From: Bacteroidales bacterium
Lineage (GTDB): Bacteria; Bacteroidota; Bacteroidia; Bacteroidales; GCA-2748055
Assembly: GCA_023138875.1 (NCBI GenBank)
Contig: JAGLOO010000037.1
Span: 23,471-87,470 of the forward strand
Length of the DNA stretch: 64,000 nucleotides
Direction: 5' to 3'
Each line of letters starts with the position of its first letter. The first letter of the stretch is position 1. Under the pieces are notes generated by a model that was not told the origin of the DNA, did no database searches, and saw only the letters and a program-made list of their open reading frames with translations. Of this stretch, positions 30,601-43,200 are shown one piece after another. The position numbers and the translations under genes were made by a program.

Positions 30601-31073
30601 GTGAAGGACAATTCTATAGATCACGATTTGCTCAAATCATATCCTGGGAGTCGTTTCAACTACTTCAAGATAAGGTTTACAATGCTCAATCACTACCTGT
30701 GACCCCCATGGGTGTAAGTCAATACTTCGCAGGATCCAAGGGTGCAAATTTGATTACAAAACTGGTGCTGTTTTGGTTGAAGCGTGATGGTGTGTTTTGC
30801 TATCGTAATTCATCCCAAGGCACTGCCAGGAAACTGAAAGATGGCCGTGTGAAATTCACACCAGGGAGCAAGTATGCAAAAGGTCAGGGTGACATTTTCG
30901 CGGCGATCAACGGCAGAGCCACCTTCATAGAAATTAAGGCTGGCCGGGACTGGATGAGCGAAGCACAGAGGCGATTCAAAGCCAATATCGAGATGTCCGG
31001 AGGAGCCTATCTAGTGGTGCGGTCCTTTGATGACTTCCTTGAACAGTATAACAGATTAATAACAACACCATGA
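30597..31073 (+). CDS. VRR-NUC domain nuclease
   Basis: GQGDIFAAINGRATFIEIKAGRDWMSEAQRRF carries the D...ExK PD-(D/E)xK core as in VRR-NUC proteins. ATGA overlaps on both sides. Confidence 0.65.
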   Translation: MSEGQFYRSRFAQIISWESFQLLQDKVYNAQSLPVTPMGVSQYFAGSKGANLITKLVLFWLKRDGVFCYRNSSQGTARKLKDGRVKFTPGSKYAKGQGDIFAAINGRATFIEIKAGRDWMSEAQRRFKANIEMSGGAYLVVRSFDDFLEQYNRLITTP

Positions 31074-31300
31074 GATTTCTAAACGAAGATGACCAATACC
31101 AGTATTTCTCAGCCAATTTTCAAGACCAACCGGTACGATTTATGCAGGACAAAGTGACCGGAGAAATATTCATCGATTCTGAAGATGTTGCCAACGTTTT
31201 AGGCTTCGTGAATGTGGGTGATATGCTAAACTCAGATGAGAAACTAATGAATACTTACTTGGATGAATTCAAGAAGGGTAAGATTATCACTACTGAATGA
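31070..31300 (+). CDS. Bro-N/ANT-N-like small protein
   Basis: FSANFQDQPVRFMQDKVTGEIFIDSEDVANVLGF matches the Bro-N pattern (F.F....VR.......FF.A.DVA..LG). Confidence 0.5.
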   Translation: MRFLNEDDQYQYFSANFQDQPVRFMQDKVTGEIFIDSEDVANVLGFVNVGDMLNSDEKLMNTYLDEFKKGKIITTE

Positions 31301-31429
31301 ATCAGAAAAGGGTATGATTAATATTCACACCCCTGGCGGACCCCAACAATTAGTGGCTCTTACTGAGCACAGACTGTATTGACATGGCATCTATTCTTGC
31401 AGGTGAATCGCAAGATTTTACAAAGAAGG

Positions 31430-31939
31430 TCAGTCTGAATTGAGGGTGGATTTATGGGGATTCTCTGGTTCATAACCTTGTTGTATTAATTGATTGTTGA
31501 TTTGCTCGTAAATATTTATCACCGTTCCTTTTGGCTCCTCTTCTCCGTTCTTTTTGCTGGATCCATCTATCTCACACAATGTCTTGAGGGTTTTTTGAAG
31601 GTTGTCCAGGTTCCTCTCGTCCTTAACAAGCTCTAACATACGATTTATGGTCAGTACCTTTACCTTAAACACCGCATCAAAGAAATCTTTATTCCGCTTG
31701 GCCATATCATCAGTCACCTCCTCAGCCATCTCTTTGGCAATAGAGGCTTTATTCATCTCATCACCATACTGAGTATGCCACCTACGTATTGTGGTGTGGG
31801 ATATCTTTATCTGCTTCCCGGTCTTGTAGTAGCTCAGATCATTCTCCTGCAATATTTCTAACACCTGCATTTTCTGCTTCAAGGTGTATTCGATATATCC
31901 CAATGAAGGCTTTTTCTTTGTGGTCTGCTTCTTTACCAT
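31430..31939 (-). CDS. HTH protein, the only minus-strand gene of the module (regulator or small-terminase-like)
   Basis: Start set at MVKKQTTKKK (31939) because the track's N-terminal extension runs through the tRNA-like fragment. ISHTTIRRWHTQYG is HTH-like, followed by a helical region. Confidence 0.5.
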   Translation of the reverse strand: MVKKQTTKKKPSLGYIEYTLKQKMQVLEILQENDLSYYKTGKQIKISHTTIRRWHTQYGDEMNKASIAKEMAEEVTDDMAKRNKDFFDAVFKVKVLTINRMLELVKDERNLDNLQKTLKTLCEIDGSSKKNGEEEPKGTVINIYEQINNQLIQQGYEPENPHKSTLNSD

Positions 31940-31953
31940 TGGTAAAATGTTTG

Positions 31954-32000
31954 TGTCGCGAGCGGGACTCGAACCCGCGTTATTTGGGATATGAGCCCAA
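31954..32000 (-). pseudogene. orphan tRNA-like 3' fragment (anticodon arm with CAU, variable loop, T arm, 3' acceptor strand)
   Basis: Reverse complement reads TTGGG-CTCATAT-CCCAA-ATAAC-GCGGG-TTCGAGT-CCCGC-TCGCGAC-A. No complementary 5' acceptor strand or proper D arm lies upstream. Confidence 0.6.
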
Positions 32001-32160
32001 GCAGGTACCATCTCCAGTCCACTGCGCAATGTCTTTATTTACAAAAGTCGGGCATGTGTTTCTAAAAGAAGGTTATAACAGGGACGTTTCCAGCATTATA
32101 ATAACCCACCAACACAAAGCAATCATTTAAATTTATTCGCGAATATAAATCGCAGCGAAT

Positions 32161-32955
32161 GTGGAAAGAACAGGATGCGAACCAGGTCCATTTAACTATT
32201 ATGAGATGGTGAAACGTATGAGGGAGTCAATCGCCAAACGTGATGCTTTGAACCAAAAGAGAGAACGAGACAAAAATATTACCGATGTGATCAACTTGCT
32301 TGTCTACGGTCCGGCGGGTCCAAATCAATCGGTTATTGGCGCGCCAAATGGTTACAGGGCATTGGACCGGTTCCGGATGTTGAGCATTGACGGCGAATCA
32401 AAAAATCTACAATTCAAACTTGCCCGTGAGGCCGAAGGTAGGCAGAGAGCGTTTACGAGGGAGCAAGCAGATATCCAGAGAGCCTTCACCGCAGGAAAAA
32501 GGTATCAAGACAAGGTGTATTCCGATAAAATAGGATATATCCTCAAAGGAGTGAGCATCACGCCTGATCTGCATATGAAAATGCTCATGCTGTTGCAGAT
32601 GATGTACGATGGTTTTGTGAACAAACCAAGAGCGCTGAAGGATATTGACATGAATGAAAATGTCCAGGATGAGTCAATACGTGATTTAATTCTACAGCAC
32701 TGGGATGATTTGAAGAAGGTTGTTCCAGAGCTATCCGCAGCGCAGAGCAGGGAGACGATGGTTGAAATATCACAAGCAACCAACCAATCACAAGATAATT
32801 CACAGGCATATGCAAATAGTATTGCAAATGTCATGGCTAATACAGAATACAGTTACCGAAAGAAGTTGAGACTCATTCGTGATGCAGCAATGAATCACAA
32901 CGGGTGGGATAAGGATAAGGCCGAACAGTATGCCAAAGAATTGTTGAAGGATTAA
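32161..32955 (+). CDS. hypothetical protein, paralog A of a tandem pair
   Basis: Shares LDRFRML, EAEGRQR.FT.EQA and KGVSITPDL..KM...LQMMY.G...KPRALKDID.NENVQDESIRDL....WD.LKK.VPELS with the next gene. The first ATG is at 32206 (the track uses GTG at 32161). Confidence 0.55.
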   Translation: MERTGCEPGPFNYYEMVKRMRESIAKRDALNQKRERDKNITDVINLLVYGPAGPNQSVIGAPNGYRALDRFRMLSIDGESKNLQFKLAREAEGRQRAFTREQADIQRAFTAGKRYQDKVYSDKIGYILKGVSITPDLHMKMLMLLQMMYDGFVNKPRALKDIDMNENVQDESIRDLILQHWDDLKKVVPELSAAQSRETMVEISQATNQSQDNSQAYANSIANVMANTEYSYRKKLRLIRDAAMNHNGWDKDKAEQYAKELLKD

Positions 32956-32975
32956 TAACCATTGATATAACAGCT

Positions 32976-34232
32976 ATGTTTCCAGCATACGACGATCAGG
33001 ATAAGCAGAGGATGCAAACGCTATTTAACACAATGAAGGACGTTGAGGTTGCTCCACAGGTAAGAGATGTAGGCCCATTCTCCTCACTGTTCAACTATGA
33101 GCAGGAGAAAGCGCGTCAGGATGAGTCATATGCCAAGCGGGAAGAGGTGAATCAGAAAATTGCACGGGGCAATTCTATCGTTGATGCATTCAGACTGATC
33201 ACCCAAGGGCTTACCGGATCTGCAGGGGCCACTATTCCAAAGGAAGCACCCAACCAATCGGTGATCCGTGCGCTGAATGATTTCATGGTACTGGACAGCG
33301 AGAAAAAGGAAGCGTTAGACCGGTTTCGGATGCTAGGGTTGAATGCCTCGGCTCGTGACCTACAATACAAGCATGGGCTTGAAGCAGAGGGCAGGCAGAG
33401 GGAGTTCACAGGAGAACAGGCAGAGCTTGGCAGGACCTTTCAGGCAGGGGAAGCAGAGAAGGGAAGAGAATTCAAGGCAGGGGAAATGGATATTAGTCGT
33501 GAATTCTCAGCTACAGAGGCAGCGAAAAGGGATAAGGCCAGGGCAGATCAGATTCATCTTACACAGAAAGGCCAGAGAAACCTTGAAAAATACAGGGCTG
33601 ACCAGGGCCATTACAGTTATCAGGACAGGGCATATTCCAATAGAAAATCCTACGACCTCAAAGGAGTAAGCATCACGCCTGATCTTCAAACAAAGATGAT
33701 ACGGGCATTGCAGATGATGTACGAAGGTGATCCTATGAAACCAAGAGCGCTGAAGGATATTGACAGGAATGAAAATGTCCAGGATGAATCTATCCGTGAT
33801 TTGTTCCTGGGAAATTGGGATGAGCTGAAGAAGTTAGTTCCTGAGCTATCTACTGCCACAGGGGTAACACCAGGTCAATCAACCGCACAACCACAACAGC
33901 AACAGAAGCGTAATCCAGCCGAAGGTGATAGTGTGTTACTGGAAAAGAAGCTCAAGGATGCTGCTAGCAGATTCAGCAAGGAGGGCAAACCCCGTAAGCA
34001 GATCAAGGATAACAAACGACCAGGGGTTTCACTTGAAAAGCAAGCAAAGCAGAATGATCGCATTGGCATAATGATGAGGGCGTTTAAAGAATTCGATCCC
34101 GACATTACCTGGGAAGAAGCATATAATGATGCGATGGAATTCCTGTACGGGCATTATCAAAAACGGCAGAGCTTTAATGCGAGTGGTCAGGGGACCATCA
34201 ATCAGTCAATGGCATATTATCCTCCTCAATAA
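32976..34232 (+). CDS. hypothetical protein, paralog B (longer, with internal REF/RTF short repeats and a Q-rich tract)
   Basis: 418 aa. Same conserved blocks as paralog A, plus GRQREFTGEQAELGRTFQAGEAEKGREFKAGEMDISREF and PQQQQK. Confidence 0.55.
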   Translation: MFPAYDDQDKQRMQTLFNTMKDVEVAPQVRDVGPFSSLFNYEQEKARQDESYAKREEVNQKIARGNSIVDAFRLITQGLTGSAGATIPKEAPNQSVIRALNDFMVLDSEKKEALDRFRMLGLNASARDLQYKHGLEAEGRQREFTGEQAELGRTFQAGEAEKGREFKAGEMDISREFSATEAAKRDKARADQIHLTQKGQRNLEKYRADQGHYSYQDRAYSNRKSYDLKGVSITPDLQTKMIRALQMMYEGDPMKPRALKDIDRNENVQDESIRDLFLGNWDELKKLVPELSTATGVTPGQSTAQPQQQQKRNPAEGDSVLLEKKLKDAASRFSKEGKPRKQIKDNKRPGVSLEKQAKQNDRIGIMMRAFKEFDPDITWEEAYNDAMEFLYGHYQKRQSFNASGQGTINQSMAYYPPQ

Positions 34233-34244
34233 AAGGCAGATACA

Positions 34245-37200
34245 ATGATAAATGATCCTCCAAAAAAATCCGGTTTTCAAGAGAAGTATGGATTTGATGC
34301 TTTCAATTCATTACCCACCATTAACACGAATCCCGATCCTGTCCAAACAGGTGTGTTGGGAAGTGAATTTGTTGGTGAGTCGGAGGAGGATAAGCAGTTT
34401 TGGAGGGATTGGAATATAAAAAACCCCGGCGAACAAGCAAAACTGGCGTGGGAGGCTGGAACAAAAGAACTCAAGGGTGGTGTGAAGAACATGATTGCAG
34501 ATGTTGCACCTTTGGTAATGTCAGCGGCCTCACCGGGCACTATTCCCGAAATCTATCAATATGAGGATTGGATACTTGGACTTCAGGAATCTGCGGCAAA
34601 AGACTTTGAAACAGCACCCGAAGGAGCTGGGCTGCTTTATGAAACAGTGAGGATGATGCCACAGATGGTTGGAACAATGGCTGCATTGACAACCACCCCG
34701 TTCACCGGAGGCACATCGATGGCAGCCCTCCCAGGTATACTTGGTATGGCGAATATCGGTATGCTCTCCTCATCGGTATATGGCCGGTCCCTGTATGACT
34801 ATGACCAGTATGTTGCTGAGAAAGGTCTTGAAACCAACCAATTTACACGAAGGGGAGTTGCTGCGGCATCCGCAGCGATGGAGTTTATTGCTGAGAAGCT
34901 GCGATTGGACTTCATGTTGCCAAAAGGCATGGCCGGACGAATGGCATCGCAACTATTTAAATCCGATCCAAGCCTTGCAGACGATGTTATGCGCAAATGG
35001 GCGAAGAATGACCCAAAAGTATATCAGAAGTTTATGGGTTTGGGTAAAACAACCCTTGCAAACATGGGGCAGGAAGGTGCGGAGGAATTTCTTACCGAAG
35101 TGGGACAGTCCATTGCCCAAAATGTTTATTTGCTTGGCGAGGACCGACTTGGAGCGATGGATATTGTTATCAATGCTGGCGAGGCTGCAAAAGGCGGTGC
35201 GATGATGGGTGGGATGCTGGGTCCCGCTTCATACTCATCGAACCAGTTGTATCACAAGATGCGCAAAAACCGGAACGGAGCAACTATTATTGAAACAGAG
35301 GACGGCTCGGTTTACGAATACCTGGGAGTAGACAGTAAAGATCCGAACATGGCAACGGTGATGGATAACAGACTGAATATGACCTCAATCCACAAAGATC
35401 ATATTAAGGATCATCGCACCATGACCGACCAGGAGTTGAGTGAATACCTGAATGTGTACAAAGATTCGCAGGAAAACTTACCACAGCTTGAAGATCAGAT
35501 GCGCCGTAATACCACAAAGCAACACCTTAACAGTGTGGGCCAAAGTATTGTGAACACTGAGGATGGAACACCGCAGGTCAAGGTTGGAAAGAAGCGGAAC
35601 GGTGGCTATGTGTTTATCAAAAGTCAATGGGAGGAGATGCCTGGTCAGACCAAGATGATTGTTGTGGATCCGGAAACCATGGAGCTGGACATGATGGATG
35701 CAAGTCAGATCGGTGAAATACGCACCCAAAGCTATGATTCATGGCTAGAAGTTCAGACCGATCAGATGGTTGGTGTGCAGGACCAGCAGCGAAGTGCGCA
35801 GATGGAACAAGCTGTTGTGGAGGAGCAGATCAAGGATGAGGCCGGGATCCCAGAGTTCAAGGAGGGCGAGAAGATCACATACCAGGACCGTGAGTGGATT
35901 GTTGATGAAGTTGATACGGATGGTACATTGAATGTATACGCCAATGAGGAAGACGGGACCCCTGGGGAAACGATTCCTATTAGTCCTGAAATGCTTTCAG
36001 AAGTAAATAGATACACACCCGAAGCACCTATTACAGAAACAGGGGAGCAGCAGGGCCAACAGAAGGAAAAGATCCTCAATGACGGTAAAAATGATTATCC
36101 GGTAGTTGATGGCAAGATCCAGCAACCATTCACAACTGAGAAAGCAGCGAATTCCCTGGTAAGCAAACTCAAGAATGAATACCCCGGATTGAACTTTACA
36201 GTTGATATTATGGATGATGGGGATCCATTCACTAAGAATGAGTACACAATCACTGTAGAGCCTATAAATATTACCAATGGTGAAGAAACGACCCCAGAGA
36301 CATCCCAGGGAGTCGCCCCGTCGCAAACAGGCGAGGATGAGCTTAAAACCACTGAACCGAGATACTTTAAAGACGAAGAGGATGTTACAAAAGGATATAT
36401 CCAGGGCCGTATCCTTGCAGCGAAATCAGATGGTGATCTCCACGGGTTATCATGGGAGAATGACCCGGAACTGGACGCGATGCGCAAAGAGAAGTTCCCG
36501 GAGGCAGTACCAACATACACATATAATGGCCAGGAGATTGAGCAGGACGTTGCCCGTGGAATTATCGACGGTGCAACAGAGGCCACGGATCTGGAACAAT
36601 TGGTGGTTAAGAACGATGACGCAACCGGTCAGACATATTTGGATAAGATAAGCGAGTTGCAACCTGAGACCGAGGAAGCTCCAGGGGTAGAGCAGGAAGA
36701 AGTAAGTGCACCCATTGACCAATCACAGGAGGATGCTATCAGTGAAGCAGAGGGATTGACACAGGAGCCAGCTGCTGAAGAAACTACTCAGATTGAATCT
36801 ACTCCCGTTCAGGAAACAGAAGTAGAGGCCACACCCGCAAAACCCGTAACCGAAACAGAGCAGAAATTAGCAGCAGCAGAGGCCGAAGTAGATCAGAACC
36901 CTTCAGAAGCAAAAATCGAGGCCGGCAACTACAAAAAAGGCCATGTTTCCATCCAGGGACTTGATATCACTATTGAGAACCCCAAGGGATCCACCAGGTC
37001 CGGGACTGATCAGGATGGTAAGAAGTGGAGCCAGATTATCAATAATACCTATGGATACTTCAAACGGTCCATGGGTAAAGACGGTGATCAGATAGATGTG
37101 TTCCTGGGCGAAAACATTGAGTCAGATAAGGTATTTGTGGTTGACCAAGTAGATACGAAAACCGGAGCCTTTGATGAGCATAAGACCATGGTCGGATTTG

Positions 37201-40200
37201 ATAGTGTTGAGGAGGCCCGTGAAGCCTATCTATCTAACTATGAGGAAGGGTGGCAGGGACTTGGTGCTATCACCGAGATGTCAATGGTGGAGTTTAAAAA
37301 GTGGGTGGATAGTGGTACCCGAAAGCGCAAGCCGGTCAGCGAGATGAAGACTCTCAAGACCGAAACACCTGTCATTGACAAAGAAAAGGCTCACAACCGA
37401 TTGATTGAATTGGTTCGCGCATACAACAAGATCCCGAAAAGCCATACTGTAAAACGATCCGGAGCAATACAGACCATCAATAACCTTACCGGACAGCTTG
37501 GATACTCCATAACAAGAAATGACAAAGGCAAGCTCGTACCGCTAAACGAGAACAGCAAGCAGATACGCACAATCTCAGATCAGGTTGATTATATCTCCCT
37601 GGTAGAGATCGAGGATGAAGCGTTTACATCCTTTGCACATGATTTCTTGGTGAATGAAACGATATTGCACAACTTGGATGTTCCTATTTATGGTAAAGCA
37701 CTTTTCAAAGCAGCCAAAGATGCTATCAGTGGCAGAAAGAACGCTGAGAGTGACTTATTGATCCGAAACATTCAGGAGATGTACGATTCTGATAGTTTTA
37801 ATTATAGAGCCGGGGAGGAAACAGGTGCGTTCAACGTAACAGTAACAGAGGTAAACGACCTGATCGCAGAGCCAAAATTGATTAAATTTGTAGAAGAGAA
37901 TGGTGCTCTTGATATTACCAATATCGACAAAGCACTCGATGCTGGGCTTGTAACGCAGGATGAGTATGAAACAGTCAAAAAACAATTCGAAGATGAACTC
38001 AACCAACGAGAGCAAATCGAACGAGAATCCGATACCGAGCTTGGAGTCACAGAAGATGGTGACCGCGTTCAGGATACTCAGGGCCAGGAAAGCCAAGAAA
38101 TAGATAACGAATCGACCCAGGCGCTCGAATCCGAGATTGCCACCTTAAAAGAATCCCTTTCCGAAACCCGGAAAGCCAGGGAGTCCAAGAAAAAAGAACT
38201 TTCCAAGAGATTGCACCAGCAGCAGAGCATGTTCGCCGGTGAGAAACTTGCACGGATGGATCAAAACCTGTTCGAAGTTAAGCAGGATGGATCCAGGGAG
38301 AATATCGATAAGATCCTGGGTGAGTTTGATAACACTATTGCCGGGATTGAGAACCAGATCGAGCAAAAGGAGAAGCAGCTGGCCACCGCGAAAAAAGAGT
38401 CTGCAGGGCAATTGGAGCTGGAACCCACCAAGAAAACTGAAAAAATTGAAGATTTCGGAGAGAAGATCGGTGGGGCGCGGAAGGATCAGTGGGCCCAAAG
38501 CCTTGCATCACTCAACAAGCTGACCGATGATGACCTCATTTCCCTTCCGCTTGTTAAAGCAATTCCCGTACCCGATTACAAAGAACTGGTTGCATCCGGT
38601 AAGATGAACAAAAAAGAGGTTGCCCTACTTCACTATTACCGGACCAACATGAGCCGCAAGCCGGCAGAAACAGCACAGAACTACAAAAAAGCACGATGGC
38701 TCAAAGAGGCTAACCTGTACAAGCAAGTCTATGCCTGGATGCTGGATAAGAAAGGGTTTGAAGAGACTCACGGCAAAGCGTTCGTTGATTTGATGGATGA
38801 GCGTATATCATTCCATGCAGCAAAGGAGATTAAGGAATTCACAAAAATGTTGGAAGCACTTGGTTTCCCGGAAACCTTTGATGGTAACTTGAAGAAATTC
38901 AAGATAATGAAGTTCGATAGCCGCGAGGACTTCACTATTATAAATGGTCGGAAGATTATCGCAGATTTCAAAACCTATGATGAGGCTATCGCTGCATTGA
39001 AACACATTCTGGAGGAAACCGGGAACCAGCGCAGCAGGGTGACATTCGATGCCTGGAGCTTGAGTGGTAAGAAAGGTGTGATGGTGGGTAAAAAGGTTGG
39101 TCCGAGGAAATTCATTACCCTGGCCGGGCCTTTTGAAACAGGTAAGGAAGCGTTCAATTATATTAAGGATAATCAGGAAACCCTTGAGCAACAGCTTGCT
39201 GAAGAAAAAGTAATTCCCGCAGAACGACCGGATGTTGCAGAGGAGCGATCAGGCAAGGATCACCGTAACGGGAAGGATGTTACGCCCGATATGTTCCAGG
39301 AAGCGTTTGGGTTCCGGGGTGTGGAGTTTGGCAACTGGGTGGAGAATGCAAAACGACAGGGTGATCTTAACCTTGCTTATGATGCGCTGATGGACCTGGC
39401 AGAGATAACAAACATCCCATCCCGTGCAATATCTCTTGGTGGTGAGCTGGGCCTTGCGTTCGGAGCAAGAGGTAAGGGAGGAAAAGACAGATCCAGCGCA
39501 CATTATGAGCCTGATAAGATTGTGATAAACCTGACAAAAGTGTGGGGCGCAGGATCACTCGCACATGAATGGTGGCATGCCATTGATAATTATTTCTCCC
39601 GCCAAAGAGATAAGAAGCACGACTATCTGACCGAAAAACCTCGTTCGTTGCTTGTGAAGAAAGATGGTGAGTGGGTAGATGATGTTTCTGTTCGCCCGGA
39701 AGTTGTTGGCGTATTTTATGATGTGGCAAAAGCAATCAAGGATAGCGGGATGGTTGAAAGGGGCACCGAGTTAGACAGGCGCAAGACGAAAGATTACTGG
39801 TCACAGATGCGCGAGATGTCCGCACGGTCCTTTGAATCATATGTGAAGGATAAGCTGGATGAGCAGGGGATTAAAAACGATTACCTGGTCAGCTTCAAGG
39901 ATATGGTGGATTATATCGTTCAGACAGGCGCCGCAGAGGATGTGTACCCCTACCCCACCAAAGGAGAGCAACCGACTATCAACAAGTCTTTTGAGAATCT
40001 GTTTGATGTGATTGAGACGGTTAACGATGAGGCTGGTAATACTGTTCTGTTCAAAGTCGAAGAGCAAGCTGGTTCCTCCCAAGAGGGGGCATTCCCAGGC
40101 ACAGATGTACGCGATGTAGCTGAGCAGTTATCCAAACAGTTTAATACACCCATTGAGGTTGTCATAACCCGTCAAGAGCTGCCACCACATATTCAGAGAG

Positions 40201-43200
40201 CGATTAAGGATGACACACGCATCCCTGGCGTTTATGATGTGCAGAACGATAAGGTGTACCTGATCGCTCGTGAGGTCAAAAGCAAAGAGGAGGCACAGCA
40301 AACAGTATTCCATGAGATTGTTGGCCACAAAGGATTGAGGGAATTACTTGGGCATGAGTATGATCAGATGTTGACAGATGTGTACAACAGCATGTCGGAA
40401 GGTGACATATCCACCATGTCACGGGTGTACGGCACCACAGATCAGCTTGAGATAGCTGACGAGTATATTGCCCGGATAGCAGAGGATAATTCCAATCCGT
40501 CCATCATTGATAAGTTCGTTGCGAAGGTGCGCAGACTGATCCGCAAGGTATTTAAGATCAACTACACCAAAAAGGATATCATTGATCTGTTAAGTAAATC
40601 CAGGGAAGGATTGAAGAAAAAAGCAAGACCACAATTTGCTGGTGAATACCTGGATGTGCAGTTTAAGGCTGAAGAGGAAGGAGAAAAGAAGGACGGGCCG
40701 CCGATAAACATATTACAGAGCAAAGCCCAAAAGTTCAGGGAGAACTGGCAAGACAGGATGCTTTCTGTGCGAAATCTCCAGAAGCAAGTAGAAGAAAGAG
40801 GCGGGAAGATTACCGATTTTTCCAATGCCTACGAACGGGAGAACGCATCACACCAAATTGTCAGGGAGGCTATTGAAAGGTTCGATGATAAATATGAACT
40901 CCCATTATTGAAGGCTATCAGCGAAATTGAAAAAAGTGCAGATATGAACTTCAAAGAGGTCAATGAGTACATGAAGGCCAAACATGCTCTTGAGAGGAAT
41001 CTGGTAATGGCAAAACGAAACCCGAAATCAAATAAAACAAACTGGTCCGGGATCGAAACCGTGGATGCAGCAAAAACAGTAAGGAAGTATGAATCGAGAC
41101 TAACAAAGGATCAGATTAATGATTTTTGGAAAGCCGTCAATAACGCCACTCTATTTTCACTTGACAGGGCTATGGCAGATGGATTCATCTCGAAAGATTT
41201 GCATGATAAACTCACCAAAGGGGAAGATGCTTACAAGTTTTACGTTCCGTTAAGGGGCTGGGAGCCGTCAGAAACAGACGCGCTGATCGATTATATGGAA
41301 ACAGACGTAGGTAGGATTATGAACCCGTATCGTTCAGCCAAAGGTCGCACAACAATGGCAGACGACCCATTGAAGTATATCACAAATATGGCCCACACAG
41401 CTATTATTATGGGCGAGAAAAACCGTGTCAAGCAATATGCATCAGCCCTTGTGAGAAACAACAAAGGAATGAACGATCTATTTTCATTCAAGAAAGTGTA
41501 TTACGTGTGGGATGGCACATATGATGAGAATGGTAAAAAGAATCATAACGAAACGGTAATAAAACCTCCGCAGGAATTGTTTGATGAGGGTAAAGTAGAA
41601 ATCAAATTCAACTCCGACTACATGATCCGCAGGCCGGTCTCACACGCAAAAGAGCATGAGGTGGATATGTGGCAGGGTGGTGAAAAATATGTTCTGATCC
41701 TGCCGGCAGATGTGGCCAATGCGCTGAATAAAACACCATCACCAATAGAGGAAATGACTCGAAATGCAATGCGGTCAAAATGGACAGCTTGGGCACCGAT
41801 GTTTACAAGGTGGATAGCATCTGAATTCACCAGCAGGAATCCTGCTTTTATTCCGATCAACCAAATGCGTGATGTTGGATATGCGATGATGGCACACGCT
41901 ATCAAGGGAGAAAGGGGTGATGCTGGAAAATTCATTATGAACATGGGGAAGGCCCGATCAGCTATTATAAGAGATTTAAAAGGGAAGCTCGATCATAATA
42001 GTGAAGTCGGTAAGATGTATCAGGATTTTGTCCGGTTAGGTGGTCCTACAGGATGGATTCACCTCAGAGATGTTGAACAGTTGGAGAAAGATATCCAGAA
42101 GAAACTAAAAAGGTTAGAAGGCGGGAAGCCTGGTGCAAAGCAAGTGAGAGATTTATACCTAAAAGCAGGTGAGCTCCTGGAGCATTGGGCTATTCGATCT
42201 GAGAACCTTTCACGTTTCGCAACATATATCACAGCCATTCAAAACGGGAAAGGATCCAAACAGGCAGTTCAGGCAGCGAAGGATATAACCGTTAACTTTA
42301 ACCGGAAAGGACGAAACACATCGCTTGCCGGGGCATTGTTCGTATTCTTTAATGCAGGTGTCCAAGGTGGTCATAATTTCCTGAAACTAGGTAAAGATAA
42401 TCCTGGTAAGTTTATTGGTGTGGGAGCTGGATTCATGGCATTAGGCTTCCTGACCGCACTATTCAATCACCTGTGGGCCGGTGATGATGACGATGATACG
42501 ATGAACGATTACCAGGAGTTGAACGATTATCATAAGTTCAATAGTCTGGTCATACCTGTACCTGGGAAGGATCGATTCGTTAATATCCCCCTTCCCTTTG
42601 GTTTCAGGGCATTCAACGCATTAGGGGTACTTGCATATCAAAGCCTCGTATCGAAGGAGAAAGATATTGGAGAAGCGGTGAAGGATGGTCTGTCAAATAT
42701 AGGTACGGCTCTTTCCCCGGTAAATCCTATTGAATTTATTAACGAGGATGGAACCTTGACGGCCAGGCCGATTATACCAACAATCGGGGTACCGATTTTT
42801 GATATAGCAACAAATGAGGATTTTGCCGGTAACACTATAACCAGAACACCATTTACAACAGCGCAAGAAGGGTACCTGGCTGACTCCGGACTAGGGAAGA
42901 AGCATGTGAATAAGCAACTGAAATGGCTCACAGACGAGTTATTCAAACTTGGTGGAGGTCATGTAGCCGAAGATGACGATAAGCGGAATAAATATTATAT
43001 CGATGATGATGGCAAAAGTAAGCATGTTAGTGAAATATTTGATTGGAACCCGTCAAAAATCGAACATATGTTTGAGTATTTATTCGCAGGTCGAGGTAGG
43101 TTCTGGAATAATACACTCAAAACCAGTACCGGGATTCTAGAAGGTGCGCGTGATGTTATTGAGGGTGATAAGGGGATTGAGAAGATACTTTCCAATGTGA

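Noticed and set aside
31940-32029. N-terminal 30-aa extension of the minus-strand ORF 31430-32029 given in the ORF track
   Set aside because: The extension (MRSGLEMVPAWAHIPNNAGSSPARDTNILP) is just the translation of the tRNA-like fragment. The basic MVKKQTTKKK start at 31939 is more plausible.
42995-43020. YIDDDGKSK in the giant ORF as a possible DxDGD catalytic motif of a crAss-like virion RNA polymerase
   Set aside because: This is a single short acidic motif lying in the far C-terminal region. I could not see the accompanying double-psi beta-barrel motifs, and the rest of the protein reads as pyrophosphatase/zincin-type modules.
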